34,233 nucleotides of DNA, taken from assembly GCA_046596735.1 (NCBI GenBank), contig JBKJLP010000269.1, forward strand, positions 1 to 34,233, written 5' to 3'. This DNA comes from Mycobacteriales bacterium. Lineage in GTDB: Bacteria > Actinomycetota > Actinomycetes > Mycobacteriales > SCTD01. Below the pieces are notes generated by a model. That model did not search any database, was not told the DNA's origin, and saw nothing but the letters and a program-made list of their open reading frames with translations. A program made the position numbers and the translations under genes. Shown here piece after piece: positions 1 through 9,022 of this stretch (the first letter of the stretch is position 1; the number at the start of each line of letters is the position of its first letter).

Positions 1-1
1 G

Positions 2-562
2 TTGCGGGCGGTCAGCGACGTCGTGCTGGTCGGCGCCGGCACCGCACGCGCGGAGGACTACGGCCCGATCCCGCTGCCCGCCGAGCTCCGCCAGCGGCGG
101 GTGGCGGAAGGCCGGACCGAACTCCCCGCGCTCGCCGTCGTCACGCGCAATACCGACCACCTGGAGCCTGGCTCGCGGTTGTTCAGCGACCCGAGCCGAC
201 CCACCTTGGTCCTCGCCGAACAGGGCCTCGGTGGCGGCTATCCCGAGCACGTCGAGGTCGCCACGGTTGAGCCCGGCAATCCGGCTGCACTGCTGACGGC
301 CTTGCGCGAGCGAGGGCTGGCGCGCGTCCTGTGCGAGGGGGGACCGCAGCTGTTCGCCACCCTCATGAGCGCCGGGCTCATCCACGAGCTGTGCCTCACG
401 GTGGCGCCGCAGCTGGTCGGGTCTGGACCACGGCTGCTGGACGTCCCACCGCTCGCGGGCATGGAGTTGGTGTCCCTGGCCGAGGAAGACGGCGTCCTCC
501 TGACGCGGTGGACGTTTCTGCCTCCGCCCGCGCTGCCGGACGGATGCTCTACCGGGACCTAA
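2..562 (+). CDS. RibD C-terminal domain / DHFR-like pyrimidine reductase family protein; the 5' end lies outside the window
   Basis: The ORF is open to the window edge. The motifs VVLVGAGTARAEDY, LCEGGPQLFATL and ELCLTVAPQLVG are typical of RibD_C-type reductases. Third codon positions are strongly G/C. Confidence 0.7.
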   Translation: MRAVSDVVLVGAGTARAEDYGPIPLPAELRQRRVAEGRTELPALAVVTRNTDHLEPGSRLFSDPSRPTLVLAEQGLGGGYPEHVEVATVEPGNPAALLTALRERGLARVLCEGGPQLFATLMSAGLIHELCLTVAPQLVGSGPRLLDVPPLAGMELVSLAEEDGVLLTRWTFLPPPALPDGCSTGT

Positions 563-593
563 CCGAGCCACGCGGGCGCCAAGGTCGGAGCGA

Positions 594-1601
594 TTACCCG
601 CTTCGGCGGATCTCGAGAGAGACCACCGCCGTGCGCGTCTGCCCAGGGGCGAAGTGCACGACCGTCCCGGACGCTCGTGCAGCACCCAGCCCCGCCCCGG
701 GATAACTCGCCGCCGGCTCCACCGCGAGCACATAAGCCCTTTGGTACCAGGGAAATCCGACCGTCCCCGCCGCCTCGCACCAGAACCAGGCGTACGGAAA
801 GATCGCCAGGTCCCAGCGGACGGTTGCGGTGAGACCCAGACGCGGGTTGGTGATCGCGTACCAGGGCTCGGTGAAGTCCAGCAGATAGCCGAAGCGGTCT
901 AACCCGGCGTCGGAGCCCGGGACGCGTCCCAGGTCGACCTCGCTGCCGTCTTTGGTCTGCGCACGAGGCCACGGACTGCGCGCGCCGGGGGTGAGGTCAC
1001 CGTGTGGGGTGTCGTAGTCGCTGTCGGCCAGGAAGGTTTTCGCGCCGGTCTCGATCGTGCACTCGCGATCGAGGAACGGCGCGCCGAAGGCGGGGTGGTG
1101 ACTCCACATGGCTTCCTGTTCGGTCCCAGCCTCGTTGGTGAACGACTCGGTGACCGTGACGCGCCCGCCCAGAACGTCAATGCGTCGACGGAGCCGAAAG
1201 GGACTGCGGACCAAGCAGGTCGTGAGTTCAACAGCCACGCCGGCAGCTACGTCTACGTGCTGCCAGTCCCACGGCGCCAGGGTGGCTTCGCCGTGGAAAC
1301 CGAGCCGCGCACCTTGCTCGTCCGTCTCCGTACCGCCGTTAGGGAAAAGGGTCTGCCACCCACCGGGGTAGTTCTCCAAAAAGGCGGTCTGGCTGTCGGC
1401 TGCGGTGGGGACAGCTCCTTTGTGCCGCAGCCCCCAAGGTGTCTGCCAGAGAACGTCTGTGCCGTCCGCGCACCAGCGCACCGCGAGGATGTCGCCACCC
1501 TTGCCTGGCACCACCTCAACCTGGAGCAACTCGGTACTGAGACGCACCACGTCCCAGCCGCGGTGCGTCAACACCTCCACCGAGGACCGCTTGTCCGTCA
1601 C
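594..1601 (-). CDS. Aldose 1-epimerase / galactose mutarotase-like protein (DUF4432-like)
   Basis: The C-terminal 336 codons of the 459-aa ORF look like a mutarotase-fold protein (LQVEVVPGKGGDI, FHGEATLAPWDW, MWSHHPAFG). I chose the GTG at 1601 as the start; an AGGGA sequence lies about 10 nt upstream. The longer N-terminal extension is Arg/Ser-rich junk that overlaps a better small gene in another frame. Confidence 0.65.
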   Translation of the reverse strand: MTDKRSSVEVLTHRGWDVVRLSTELLQVEVVPGKGGDILAVRWCADGTDVLWQTPWGLRHKGAVPTAADSQTAFLENYPGGWQTLFPNGGTETDEQGARLGFHGEATLAPWDWQHVDVAAGVAVELTTCLVRSPFRLRRRIDVLGGRVTVTESFTNEAGTEQEAMWSHHPAFGAPFLDRECTIETGAKTFLADSDYDTPHGDLTPGARSPWPRAQTKDGSEVDLGRVPGSDAGLDRFGYLLDFTEPWYAITNPRLGLTATVRWDLAIFPYAWFWCEAAGTVGFPWYQRAYVLAVEPAASYPGAGLGAARASGTVVHFAPGQTRTAVVSLEIRRSG

Positions 1602-1624
1602 GGCGTCATCATCCCTGCGGTCAC

Positions 1625-1816
1625 TCAGCGACGAAACAGCGACACGAACCTGCCCCGTTGTTTCGCGACCACCGGGGTATCGGACGATGCGGACGTTCCG
1701 CTGGCACACGTGCACTGCTGCGCCTTCGGGACACCCTGCATGACCTGGGCGACGTGCGCCCCGCACCCCGACCAGGTGGTCTTGCCGCACTTTCGGCATT
1801 TCGCCTTGCTGCACAT
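1625..1816 (-). CDS. Small (63 aa) cysteine-rich protein, probably metal-binding; unknown function
   Basis: An internal ATG of the 102-aa ORF is preceded by a GAAGGGA Shine-Dalgarno sequence. The product is MCSKAKCRKCGKTTWSGCGAHVAQVMQGVPKAQQCTCAS..., with six Cys arranged C-x4-C-x2-C-x7-C-x16-C-x-C. Third codon positions are almost all G/C, unlike the overlapping frame. Confidence 0.55.
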   Translation of the reverse strand: MCSKAKCRKCGKTTWSGCGAHVAQVMQGVPKAQQCTCASGTSASSDTPVVAKQRGRFVSLFRR

Positions 1817-1969
1817 GCCAGTCCCTTCGTTGGTTACTCCTGCTTGGGGCGATCCGGTCACGCCAGGCTGAGGAACAGCTTTTCCCTCTGCGCGACGTCC
1901 AACTCTGCGGCGTCGCCCTCCTCGAGCAGACACTGCTTGAGACCACTCGCCACGATCGGCCGCGGACGC

Positions 1970-3106
1970 TCACAGCTCGCGCGGCACGTCCAGGAGGGCG
2001 CGTGTGAGCCCTCGCACGAAGCCACGCCCATAGCTCATCTTCTCCTCATAACCCTTGCCGAACGGCAGCGGAAGGTAGCCGTGGTACTCCGGAGCCAGGC
2101 CGGCGAGCAGCGCCCGATCATCACGCGCGCGCTCGATCTGGCGACCGAGCTCGTGGAACGCCTCCCCCGGCACGGACACGAGCCGGACTCCGCCCAGGGA
2201 CCACTCGAGGAGCTCGACCGGCACCGTGCGCAGGGCCACCCTGTTGAGCAGGGCGGGCAAGGTCAGGCCTGCCCGCAGGGGGACGACGCGGCGGGGCAGG
2301 AGGTGCGCGGTATCGGGGAGCTGCTCGCAGCCGGCCTCGAGCAGGGTGCTCACGCAGTCAGCCACCTCCGACCCGAGCACCTCGGCGGTCTCCCAGTTGC
2401 CGCCGACGTCAGGGTCGGTGTGCGGGTCGCGACGCGGGTTGACGTCGCCGAGCGCGCCTTGCAGCAGGACAGCCGGAGCGCCCGTCCGCTGCTCGAGGTG
2501 CGCGCGGTACGTGGAGACCCAGTCGCCGGACACCTCGCGGCAGGTGACACCCAAGGCGACCGGATGGATGCCGACGCCGCCGATGCTGCCGAGCCGACTG
2601 CCGTCCGGGCGCCGTACGTCGAGCACCGAGAAGGACGGGTCGTAGGGCAGGCCGCGCCTATTGAGGGAGAGCTCGGCGGGCAGGGGGGAACGCGCGTAGG
2701 CCAGGGTCGCTGGTGAGCAGCTGGCGACCGCACCACGTACGGCCGCGAGGCAGCCGTCGACGAGGCGGTCGAGGTAGTCCGGCGGCATGGGCCACAGCCG
2801 ACGGACCGCGGCCGTCGCTGCAGGGCCGGAATGCGTGTGGGTGCACGACGTCATCACGTGCTCCGGCGCGATCCCTAGCTCGCGGCCGACGGCCCGGCGG
2901 AGCGGACCGGCGACGTCTGCGCCCAGCATGAGCAGGTCGAGGACGAGCAGGCACAGGCTTGTCGAGCCGGACCGCACCAGCACCGCCTGGGCGAGCAGGT
3001 CGTGCCGCACGCCCGTGGCGGTTCCCTTGCGGTCGCCGAACCCCGCCAGGACGAACGGCAGGTCAGGGGTAATGACCCCCTCCCCGAAGCCCACCTGGAC
3101 CGGCAC
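1970..3106 (-). CDS. Neutral/alkaline ceramidase N-terminal-domain-like amidohydrolase; cytoplasmic (no signal peptide)
   Basis: GTG start with an AGGAGG sequence 7 nt upstream. The pattern GEGVITPD...GFGDR...GVRHDLLAQAVLV...LVLDL...SCTHTHSGPA matches the Zn-site region of the neutral ceramidase family. Confidence 0.65.
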   Translation of the reverse strand: MPVQVGFGEGVITPDLPFVLAGFGDRKGTATGVRHDLLAQAVLVRSGSTSLCLLVLDLLMLGADVAGPLRRAVGRELGIAPEHVMTSCTHTHSGPAATAAVRRLWPMPPDYLDRLVDGCLAAVRGAVASCSPATLAYARSPLPAELSLNRRGLPYDPSFSVLDVRRPDGSRLGSIGGVGIHPVALGVTCREVSGDWVSTYRAHLEQRTGAPAVLLQGALGDVNPRRDPHTDPDVGGNWETAEVLGSEVADCVSTLLEAGCEQLPDTAHLLPRRVVPLRAGLTLPALLNRVALRTVPVELLEWSLGGVRLVSVPGEAFHELGRQIERARDDRALLAGLAPEYHGYLPLPFGKGYEEKMSYGRGFVRGLTRALLDVPREL

Positions 3107-3160
3107 AGCGACCTCCTGCGATCACGAGCTGGGGACTGGCCCGTTGCCCTCGGTTCCACT

Positions 3161-3185
3161 AGTTTGTCATCGACCACTACTTATC
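3161..3185 (+). promoter_or_regulatory. Copy 1 of the shared bipartite motif (AGTTTG-tcatcgaccac-TACTTATC), upstream of the GH172 operon
   Basis: An AT-rich element in the 104-nt divergent intergenic region. It ends 25 nt before the GTG at 3211 and has the same spacing and orientation as the copies at 10117, 20755 and 20825. Confidence 0.5.
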
Positions 3186-3210
3186 TCTACAGGCTGGGAG
3201 GTGAGGCGAC

Positions 3211-4869
3211 GTGCCGTACGTCGGCGCTCACCTCGCCCGCCTTCGGCCGGGGGTGCAACGGCGCCGAGCGTCGACCTGGGACCGCAGCGGCGGCAACGAC
3301 GACTACCTGACCCTCGCAGCGGGTGCGACCTGCGTGCTGGCGCAGGACAACGGACCCGGCCAGATCACCCACCTGTGGTTCACCGTCGCCACCGCCGACC
3401 TGTGGTGGGGACGCAGCCTGGTGATCCGGGCCTACTGGGATGGCGAGCAGTCCCCGTCGGTCGAGGCACCGCTCGGCGACCTGCTGGGCGCCGGCAACTG
3501 CCTCACGTCGACCTACTCCTCGGCGATGTTCGCGGCCGCGCCGCGCGACGGGCTGTCACTCCACTCGTGGTTCCCGATGCCCTACGCGGACGGCTTCCGG
3601 CTCACCGTCACCAACGACGGCCCGCTGCCGGTGCCGGCGCTGTACGCCCACGTCGACTACGAGCGGTGGCCCGCGCCCGACCCGGAGTTGGGCCGGTTCC
3701 ACGCCTGGTGGAACCGGGAGCGCCGCACACCTCCCCCGCAGCCGGCCGGCGCCTCCGCACCCGGCGTCAACCTGACAGGCGCTGACAACTACCTGCTGCT
3801 GGGGGCCGAAGGCCGCGGGCACTACGTCGGGGCGGCGCTCTACGTCCACTCGGCCGACGGCGGCTGGTACGGCGAGGGAGACGACATGGTCTTCGTCGAC
3901 GACGACACGTGGCCCCCCTCACTGCACGGGACCGGCACCGAGGACTACTTCGGCACGGCTTGGTCGCCGGCGACGGCTTTCTCCCATCCCTACTACGGTC
4001 AGCCGATCGCGGACCGCGAGGACTGGGCCGGCTTCTCCAGCCTCTACCGGCTCCACGTGCCCGACCCAGTCCCCTTCGAGCGACGGCTACGAGCCACCCT
4101 CGAGCACGGGCACGCCAACGACCGTGCTGACGACTGGTCGTCCGTCGCCTACTGGTATCAGCGAGACCGCACGACCGCACTCCCCTCGCTCCCCCCCATG
4201 CCCGACCGCGAGCCGCCGTGGCCCCCGGACTGGCAGTCCAGGGTCCGCACCATCCATGCGCTCTACGGCGCGGAGTTGGTCGGACCAGAGCCCGACCCGC
4301 TCCGGCAGAGCCGCTTTCAGACCGGCGTGCGCTACCTCACCCGCGCAGCGCACGACCGAGATGGAGCGGCCGTCGACCGCGCACTGGAATGGCTCACCGG
4401 CCGCCCGCAGCAGCACAGCCCGCCGCGAGCCACCCCCGCGCCCGGCCCCCTCGCACCGCTTGTCCACAGCGACGACGACGCCCTCGCCGACTGGGTGGGC
4501 GGCCAGCCAGCAGACGCGCTGCTGGAGGCGGTGGCGAACGACTGGAGCGCGCGCTTCGACGCTGCCGCTGCGGGCGAAGCACGCCTGACGGTGGGGCTGC
4601 GCCTGCTCGCCGACCCTGACGGTCCGGGTCGGCAGCTCCTCGTCGCTGCCGGGCACTGCACCGTGCGAGCCGCCGGCGGTGGCCCCGAGCGGCTCACCGT
4701 GCTCGGTGCGCCACTCGCGCTGGTCCGCTGGTCGCTGGGCCGCCTCGACCCATGGGAGGCCCTACTGCGGGGCGACCTCGTCGTACGCGGCGATGGTGAC
4801 CTCGGACTGCGGCTGGTCGCGCTCTTCCCGCCGTACGCGCTCGACCCCGACCTGCGCGCAGGAAGCTGA
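3211..4869 (+). CDS. GH172 (DUF2961) family glycosidase fused to a C-terminal SCP2 / sterol-carrier-like domain
   Basis: GGGAGG Shine-Dalgarno sequence before the GTG start. DUF2961 hallmarks are present: GPGQITHLWF and GGWYGEGDDMVFVDDD...LHGTGTEDYFGTAWS. The last ~110 aa (LTVLGAPLALVRWSLGRLDPWEALLRGDLVVRGDGDLGLRLVALFP) follow the SCP2 pattern. There is no signal peptide. Confidence 0.7.
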   Translation: MPYVGAHLARLRPGVQRRRASTWDRSGGNDDYLTLAAGATCVLAQDNGPGQITHLWFTVATADLWWGRSLVIRAYWDGEQSPSVEAPLGDLLGAGNCLTSTYSSAMFAAAPRDGLSLHSWFPMPYADGFRLTVTNDGPLPVPALYAHVDYERWPAPDPELGRFHAWWNRERRTPPPQPAGASAPGVNLTGADNYLLLGAEGRGHYVGAALYVHSADGGWYGEGDDMVFVDDDTWPPSLHGTGTEDYFGTAWSPATAFSHPYYGQPIADREDWAGFSSLYRLHVPDPVPFERRLRATLEHGHANDRADDWSSVAYWYQRDRTTALPSLPPMPDREPPWPPDWQSRVRTIHALYGAELVGPEPDPLRQSRFQTGVRYLTRAAHDRDGAAVDRALEWLTGRPQQHSPPRATPAPGPLAPLVHSDDDALADWVGGQPADALLEAVANDWSARFDAAAAGEARLTVGLRLLADPDGPGRQLLVAAGHCTVRAAGGGPERLTVLGAPLALVRWSLGRLDPWEALLRGDLVVRGDGDLGLRLVALFPPYALDPDLRAGS

Positions 4870-4878
4870 GGAGTCACC

Positions 4879-6186
4879 ATGGCTGCACCCACCTGGCTCG
4901 CCGCGATCGAGGGCTTCTACGGCCCGCCCTTCACCCACGAGGAGCGGCTGGACCTCCTGCGCTGGCTGCCTTCGGCGGGGCTGACCGATTATGCCTACGG
5001 CCCCAAGGACGACCCGTTCCACCGCGACCACTGGCGCACGCCCTACCCGGCGGGGCACCTCGAGCAGTTCGCGCAGACGCTCGCCGTTGCCCGGGAGAGC
5101 GGCGTCGAGCTCACGCTGTCGATCTCACCGGGGCTGGACTGGGCCGGGGCGCCCGACCACGAAGCGCTGGTCGCCAAGCTCCGGCAGCTCTACGACCTAG
5201 GGGTCCGCTCGCTTGGCGTCTACTGGGACGATGTGGCCCCCGGTGGCGCTGACCTCGGCAGCTCGCACGGCGCGGGCGTCGCCGCGGCAGTGAGCGGGCT
5301 GCCCGACGACGTCCGCTGGCTGACCTGCGGCACGGACTACGCCACGACCTACGCGACCCCGTACCTCGCCGCCTTCGCCGCCGTCCTGCCGCCAGAGGTC
5401 GCGATCGCGTGGACCGGCCCGTCCATCACGAGCCCTGACGTTCCGGCGGACGTCGCCGCCCGCCTGGCCGAGGAGCTCGGTCACCCCTTGCTCCTCTGCG
5501 ACAACTGGCCGGTCAACGACCTAGGGATGTCCGCCGTGCTGCACCTGGGTCCGGCGCCGTATCGCGAGCCGGCACTGCGCCACGCGGTCGCCGGGGCAGG
5601 GTTCAACATGATGAGCCTGCCGCTCGCGAGCCGCCCCGGGCTGGAGCTGGCCGCCCGCCACTGGCGAGACCCCGTCGAGGATCGAGAGGCAGCGTGGAGC
5701 CGGGTCATCGCCAGCACGCCCGGTCTGCTACCGCTGGCGCGGGCCTGCCGTTCGTGGCTCACCGAGCCGGGACCCGACGCGGAGCTCGCGTCCTGGGTCG
5801 CACCGGGGCTCGCCGGCGACGACCGGCTCCTGCGGTTCCTCGAGGCCGGCTGCCGGCAGGACCTGCCGACCGCGTGGCAGGCAGAACTCGAGCCATGGCT
5901 GGCCTGCTGGGAGGCGGAGGCTCACCTCGCTGCCGGTGTGCTGCGGGTCCTGCGCGACCCAGCCGCCGTTGCCGATGCCCCAGACCTCGGGGTCGACTGG
6001 CCGCGCCTGCACCGGGCCGACCGGCAGGTCTTCGGGATCCGGTTCGCCGTCTACGGCGTGTCCTACCGGGTCGAGGACCGACTGCTCCCCCATCCGGACA
6101 GCGTCGTGCGCGGCGACAACCTCACCGACCTCGTGGTCACCGGGGCTTTGCGCGCCCTGCACGCGGGCGCTCAGGCGCACGGATGA
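4879..6186 (+). CDS. GH84 beta-N-acetylglucosaminidase (O-GlcNAcase/NagJ-like); cytoplasmic
   Basis: GAGGAG Shine-Dalgarno sequence. The sequence IEGFYGPPFTHEERLDLLRWL...YAYGPKDDPFHRDHWRTPYP and the catalytic Asp-Asp in GVYWDDV are GH84 signatures. Confidence 0.8.
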   Translation: MAAPTWLAAIEGFYGPPFTHEERLDLLRWLPSAGLTDYAYGPKDDPFHRDHWRTPYPAGHLEQFAQTLAVARESGVELTLSISPGLDWAGAPDHEALVAKLRQLYDLGVRSLGVYWDDVAPGGADLGSSHGAGVAAAVSGLPDDVRWLTCGTDYATTYATPYLAAFAAVLPPEVAIAWTGPSITSPDVPADVAARLAEELGHPLLLCDNWPVNDLGMSAVLHLGPAPYREPALRHAVAGAGFNMMSLPLASRPGLELAARHWRDPVEDREAAWSRVIASTPGLLPLARACRSWLTEPGPDAELASWVAPGLAGDDRLLRFLEAGCRQDLPTAWQAELEPWLACWEAEAHLAAGVLRVLRDPAAVADAPDLGVDWPRLHRADRQVFGIRFAVYGVSYRVEDRLLPHPDSVVRGDNLTDLVVTGALRALHAGAQAHG

Positions 6187-7382
6187 CGAGCATGTCCACT
6201 CCGCCCTACGGCGACGCCAGCCGTCCAGTTCTCCTCACGACGCACCTGATAGGAGACGTCAACCGGTCGCGGGTGCTGCAGGCACTCGTGGACAACGGCC
6301 CGCTGAGTCGCGCTGACCTCGCCCGGCTGGCCGGTGTCCCGCGCGCCACCATGGGGACCATCGTCCAGGCGCTGCTCGACGCCGGGTTGCTGGAGGAGGG
6401 CGACCATCACCGAGACGGGCGGGTCGGCAAGCCCTCCCGACCGCTCTGGTTCGGCCCGCGGGCCGGACTGTCGGTCGCCGTCGCCTTCGACGACACATCG
6501 GTCCGCGGGGCGCTGGTGAGCGCCCGCGGTGAGCGGCTGGACGACGTTAGGCTGCCGCTGGCCACTGCTGACGCCTCGTCGAAAGCCCTGCTCAAGACGC
6601 TTAAAGAGGTCGTTACTGCCGTCCTCCCGAAAGGGGAGGCAGTCATGGGCATTGGCATCGCCGTACCTGGCGTCTGCAACACACCGGCCGGGGAGGTCGT
6701 CGGCTCGGGGCAGCTGCCCGGTGCCGTAGGGACACAGATCACCCAGTCCTTGGCGAAGGCGTTCGCGGTCCCCGTGCTCGTCGACAACGACGCCCGGGCC
6801 CAGGCCCTCGGCGAGCGGTGGTTCGGCGACGGCCGTGGCACGGCGACCTTTGCCTCCCTCCAGACCGGCACGGGGCTCGGGGTGGGACTGGTGCTCGACG
6901 GGCGGCTGTTCCGGGGCGAGGACGGGCGCGTCGGCGAGCTCGGGCACACGCAGGTGGTGCCCGGCGGTGACCGCTGCCGTTGCGGGCTGCGCGGCTGCTG
7001 GGAAACGGTGGCCACCCTGCCGTGGCTGCGCGCCGAAGCCCGCGGTCGCCGGCTGCCCGACGCGAGCCACACCACCACCGCCAGTCTCACCGCGTCGGCG
7101 ACCCCCGCTGCCATGGGGCTGCTCGCGGACTACGCCACCAACCTCGGCGCGGGTCTGTCGTCGTTGGTCAACCTCCTCGGAGTCCGGCGGATCATCGCTC
7201 ACGGAGACATCCTCGGCGGCGGCGAGGCGATGCGACTGCGTGTGGAGGATGCGGTTCGCGAAGCCTCCCTCGGCTACCTGCGATCGGAGGTCACCCTCAC
7301 CTTCTCCGAACTCGCGGCAGACGCCACGGTCACCGGGGCGGCAGCGCTCGTGCTGTCGGAGACGTTCCGGCTCGCGGCATGA
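6183..7382 (+). CDS. ROK-family transcriptional regulator (NagC/Mlc/XylR type)
   Basis: The ATG overlaps the GH84 stop (ATGA). The N-terminal winged helix-turn-helix (wHTH) is NRSRVLQALVDNGPLSRADLARLAGVPRATMGTIVQALLDAGLL. The ROK sugar-binding core carries GELGH...CRCGLRGCWETV. The upstream part of the 562-aa ORF is a GC artefact. Confidence 0.8.
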   Translation: MTSMSTPPYGDASRPVLLTTHLIGDVNRSRVLQALVDNGPLSRADLARLAGVPRATMGTIVQALLDAGLLEEGDHHRDGRVGKPSRPLWFGPRAGLSVAVAFDDTSVRGALVSARGERLDDVRLPLATADASSKALLKTLKEVVTAVLPKGEAVMGIGIAVPGVCNTPAGEVVGSGQLPGAVGTQITQSLAKAFAVPVLVDNDARAQALGERWFGDGRGTATFASLQTGTGLGVGLVLDGRLFRGEDGRVGELGHTQVVPGGDRCRCGLRGCWETVATLPWLRAEARGRRLPDASHTTTASLTASATPAAMGLLADYATNLGAGLSSLVNLLGVRRIIAHGDILGGGEAMRLRVEDAVREASLGYLRSEVTLTFSELAADATVTGAAALVLSETFRLAA

Positions 7383-8191
7383 GGGCAGCTGTGGGCGATG
7401 TCGAGCTGGAGTACGACGTCCGAGGAGAAGGCCCCGAGGTGGTCTGGCTGCACGGGCTCTCCGGCTGCTTGGAGGAGTCCCGGCCGCTCGCCGAGGCGCT
7501 CGCGCGCACCCACCGCGTCCTCTGGTACTCCACCCGCGGACACGGTCGCTCGACGCCGGTGCACGAGCGGGCCCGCTACACCTATGACGTCATCGCCGAT
7601 GACCTGCAGCAGCTGATCGAACACGTGGGCTTCACCAAACCCGTGGTGGCAGGCGGCTCCCACGGAGCGAACACCGCGCTCCGGCACGCCCTGCGGCACC
7701 CGGGTTCGAGCCGTGCCCTGCTTCTCGTCGCCCCCGGCGCCAACGCGCTGCGCAAGCCTGATCCGCTCCGCTGGGCAATCGTGCGTGGGCACATGATGCT
7801 GGCCGCCGGTCGCGGGGAGCATGCGGTCGTCAAGGCGATCACCGGCTACGACCCCCGCGAGCCGAACCTGGACGACAAGGGCACCGCCGCGGTGGCTGCC
7901 GCCCGCACCCATGACCTTGCCTCGCTGCTGTCGGCGATGCGGCTCATCCCCTACCAGCAGGTCGTCTCCCCGGAAGCGCTTGCGCGCATCGTCGTACCTA
8001 CGACGGTCGCGGCCTGGCCGAAGGACCCACTGCTGCATCCGATCGCCGTGGCGCAGCGGATCGCCGAACTGCTCCCGAACGGGACCTTCGTGGAGATGTC
8101 ACGAGCGACCGACCTGGAGCCGGCGGCAGCGGCCGCCCTCATGGGCGGGTGGATCACCGACCTACTCCTGCGCAGCGCTGACACCGCGTAG
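7379..8191 (+). CDS. Alpha/beta-fold serine hydrolase
   Basis: The ATG overlaps the ROK stop (ATGA). It has VVWLHGLSG, RGHGRS and the nucleophile elbow GGSHGA. Confidence 0.7.
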   Translation: MRAAVGDVELEYDVRGEGPEVVWLHGLSGCLEESRPLAEALARTHRVLWYSTRGHGRSTPVHERARYTYDVIADDLQQLIEHVGFTKPVVAGGSHGANTALRHALRHPGSSRALLLVAPGANALRKPDPLRWAIVRGHMMLAAGRGEHAVVKAITGYDPREPNLDDKGTAAVAAARTHDLASLLSAMRLIPYQQVVSPEALARIVVPTTVAAWPKDPLLHPIAVAQRIAELLPNGTFVEMSRATDLEPAAAAALMGGWITDLLLRSADTA

Positions 8192-9022
8192 CTGGCAAAG
8201 CAGCCGAGCCAGGTGGGCCCGCGCGAACAGCGGAACAGCGTGCCCGAGGCCGGGCAGCACCTCGAGCACAGCACCGGGGATCCTGGCCGCGTAGTCCCGC
8301 GCGTGACTGAGGGGCACCACGTCGTCCTGGTCTCCGTGCAGCACCACGACGCCGCACGAGGCGCCGGCTGGCCAAGCGGCGCAGTCCCGCGCCCGCTGGA
8401 TCTGCCGCGCGTCGTTGCGGAGCCCCGTACCGCTCGTCCACGACGGCTGGTCCCGGTGGAAGCGGGCGAGAGCTGACTGCACATCAGGCTCGTCCAGCAA
8501 CGCCCGCTCGGCCTCGGTGAAGCTCGTGACTTCCGGCGGCGTGGGCGGCCAGCGACGTGCCCTGACGCGCGACAGTGCAGCGAGAGCCGGCCAGACCCCG
8601 GGGACCGCGGCCATCGCGCGCATCAGCGGTGGCAACGGCATGAGGTTCGGCTGCAGGGGGCAGCACAGCAACAGGCCCGCGCAGCGCTCCGGGTGAGCGA
8701 CAGCGAAGGCGTACGACGACGGTCCCCCACCGGAGATCCCCAGCACGACGGCATCCGTGATCCCGAGGGCGTTCAGCAACCCGGCGTACAGATCGGCGGA
8801 CTCGCGCGCCGTCCGGCCCGATGCCAAGGGGGTCCGGCCGTAGCCAGGGCGGGTCACCAGCAAGACGCGCGCCTTCCCGGCCAGGTCCTCCGCCACGGTC
8901 TGGGCCTGCCGCCAGTCGCCAGGCATCCCATGGACCACGAGCACAGCGGGACCGTCCCCCGTGTCGCACACCTCGATCGGACCGCGCTCCGTGAGCACGA
9001 CGTGAGCGGTCAGCGCTGCCAT
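8162..9022 (-). CDS. Alpha/beta-fold serine hydrolase
   Basis: I chose the ATG at 9022, which has a GGAGA sequence 8 nt upstream; this start overlaps the nagA 3' end by 13 nt. It has VLVVHGMPGD and the nucleophile elbow GISGGG. Its 3' end overlaps the convergent hydrolase gene by 30 nt. Confidence 0.7.
   Translation of the reverse strand: MAALTAHVVLTERGPIEVCDTGDGPAVLVVHGMPGDWRQAQTVAEDLAGKARVLLVTRPGYGRTPLASGRTARESADLYAGLLNALGITDAVVLGISGGGPSSYAFAVAHPERCAGLLLCCPLQPNLMPLPPLMRAMAAVPGVWPALAALSRVRARRWPPTPPEVTSFTEAERALLDEPDVQSALARFHRDQPSWTSGTGLRNDARQIQRARDCAAWPAGASCGVVVLHGDQDDVVPLSHARDYAARIPGAVLEVLPGLGHAVPLFARAHLARLLCQLRGVSAAQE

Noticed and set aside
1602-1973. N-terminal 124 residues of the 459-aa ORF 594..1973 (-)
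   Set aside because: The composition is Arg/Ser-rich and the third-position bias is poor. It overlaps a better-supported small Cys-rich gene in another frame. An internal GTG with a Shine-Dalgarno-like sequence at 1601 gives a normal-length mutarotase-like protein.
3151-3185. DasR/dre-type (GntR) operator upstream of the GH172 operon
   Set aside because: Only the right half (CGACCACT) resembles the recalled dre consensus ACTGGTCTAGACCACT. The left half does not match, there is no palindrome, and the other three motif copies resemble dre even less.
5694-6182. Upstream extensions of real genes in the ORF track (5694-6182, 6980-7378, 10022-10879, 11671-11820, 22110-22553)
   Set aside because: They are Arg/Pro/Gly-rich translations lying inside the preceding, well-supported genes. 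The true starts coincide with ATGA or GTGA stop/start overlaps or with good Shine-Dalgarno sequences.
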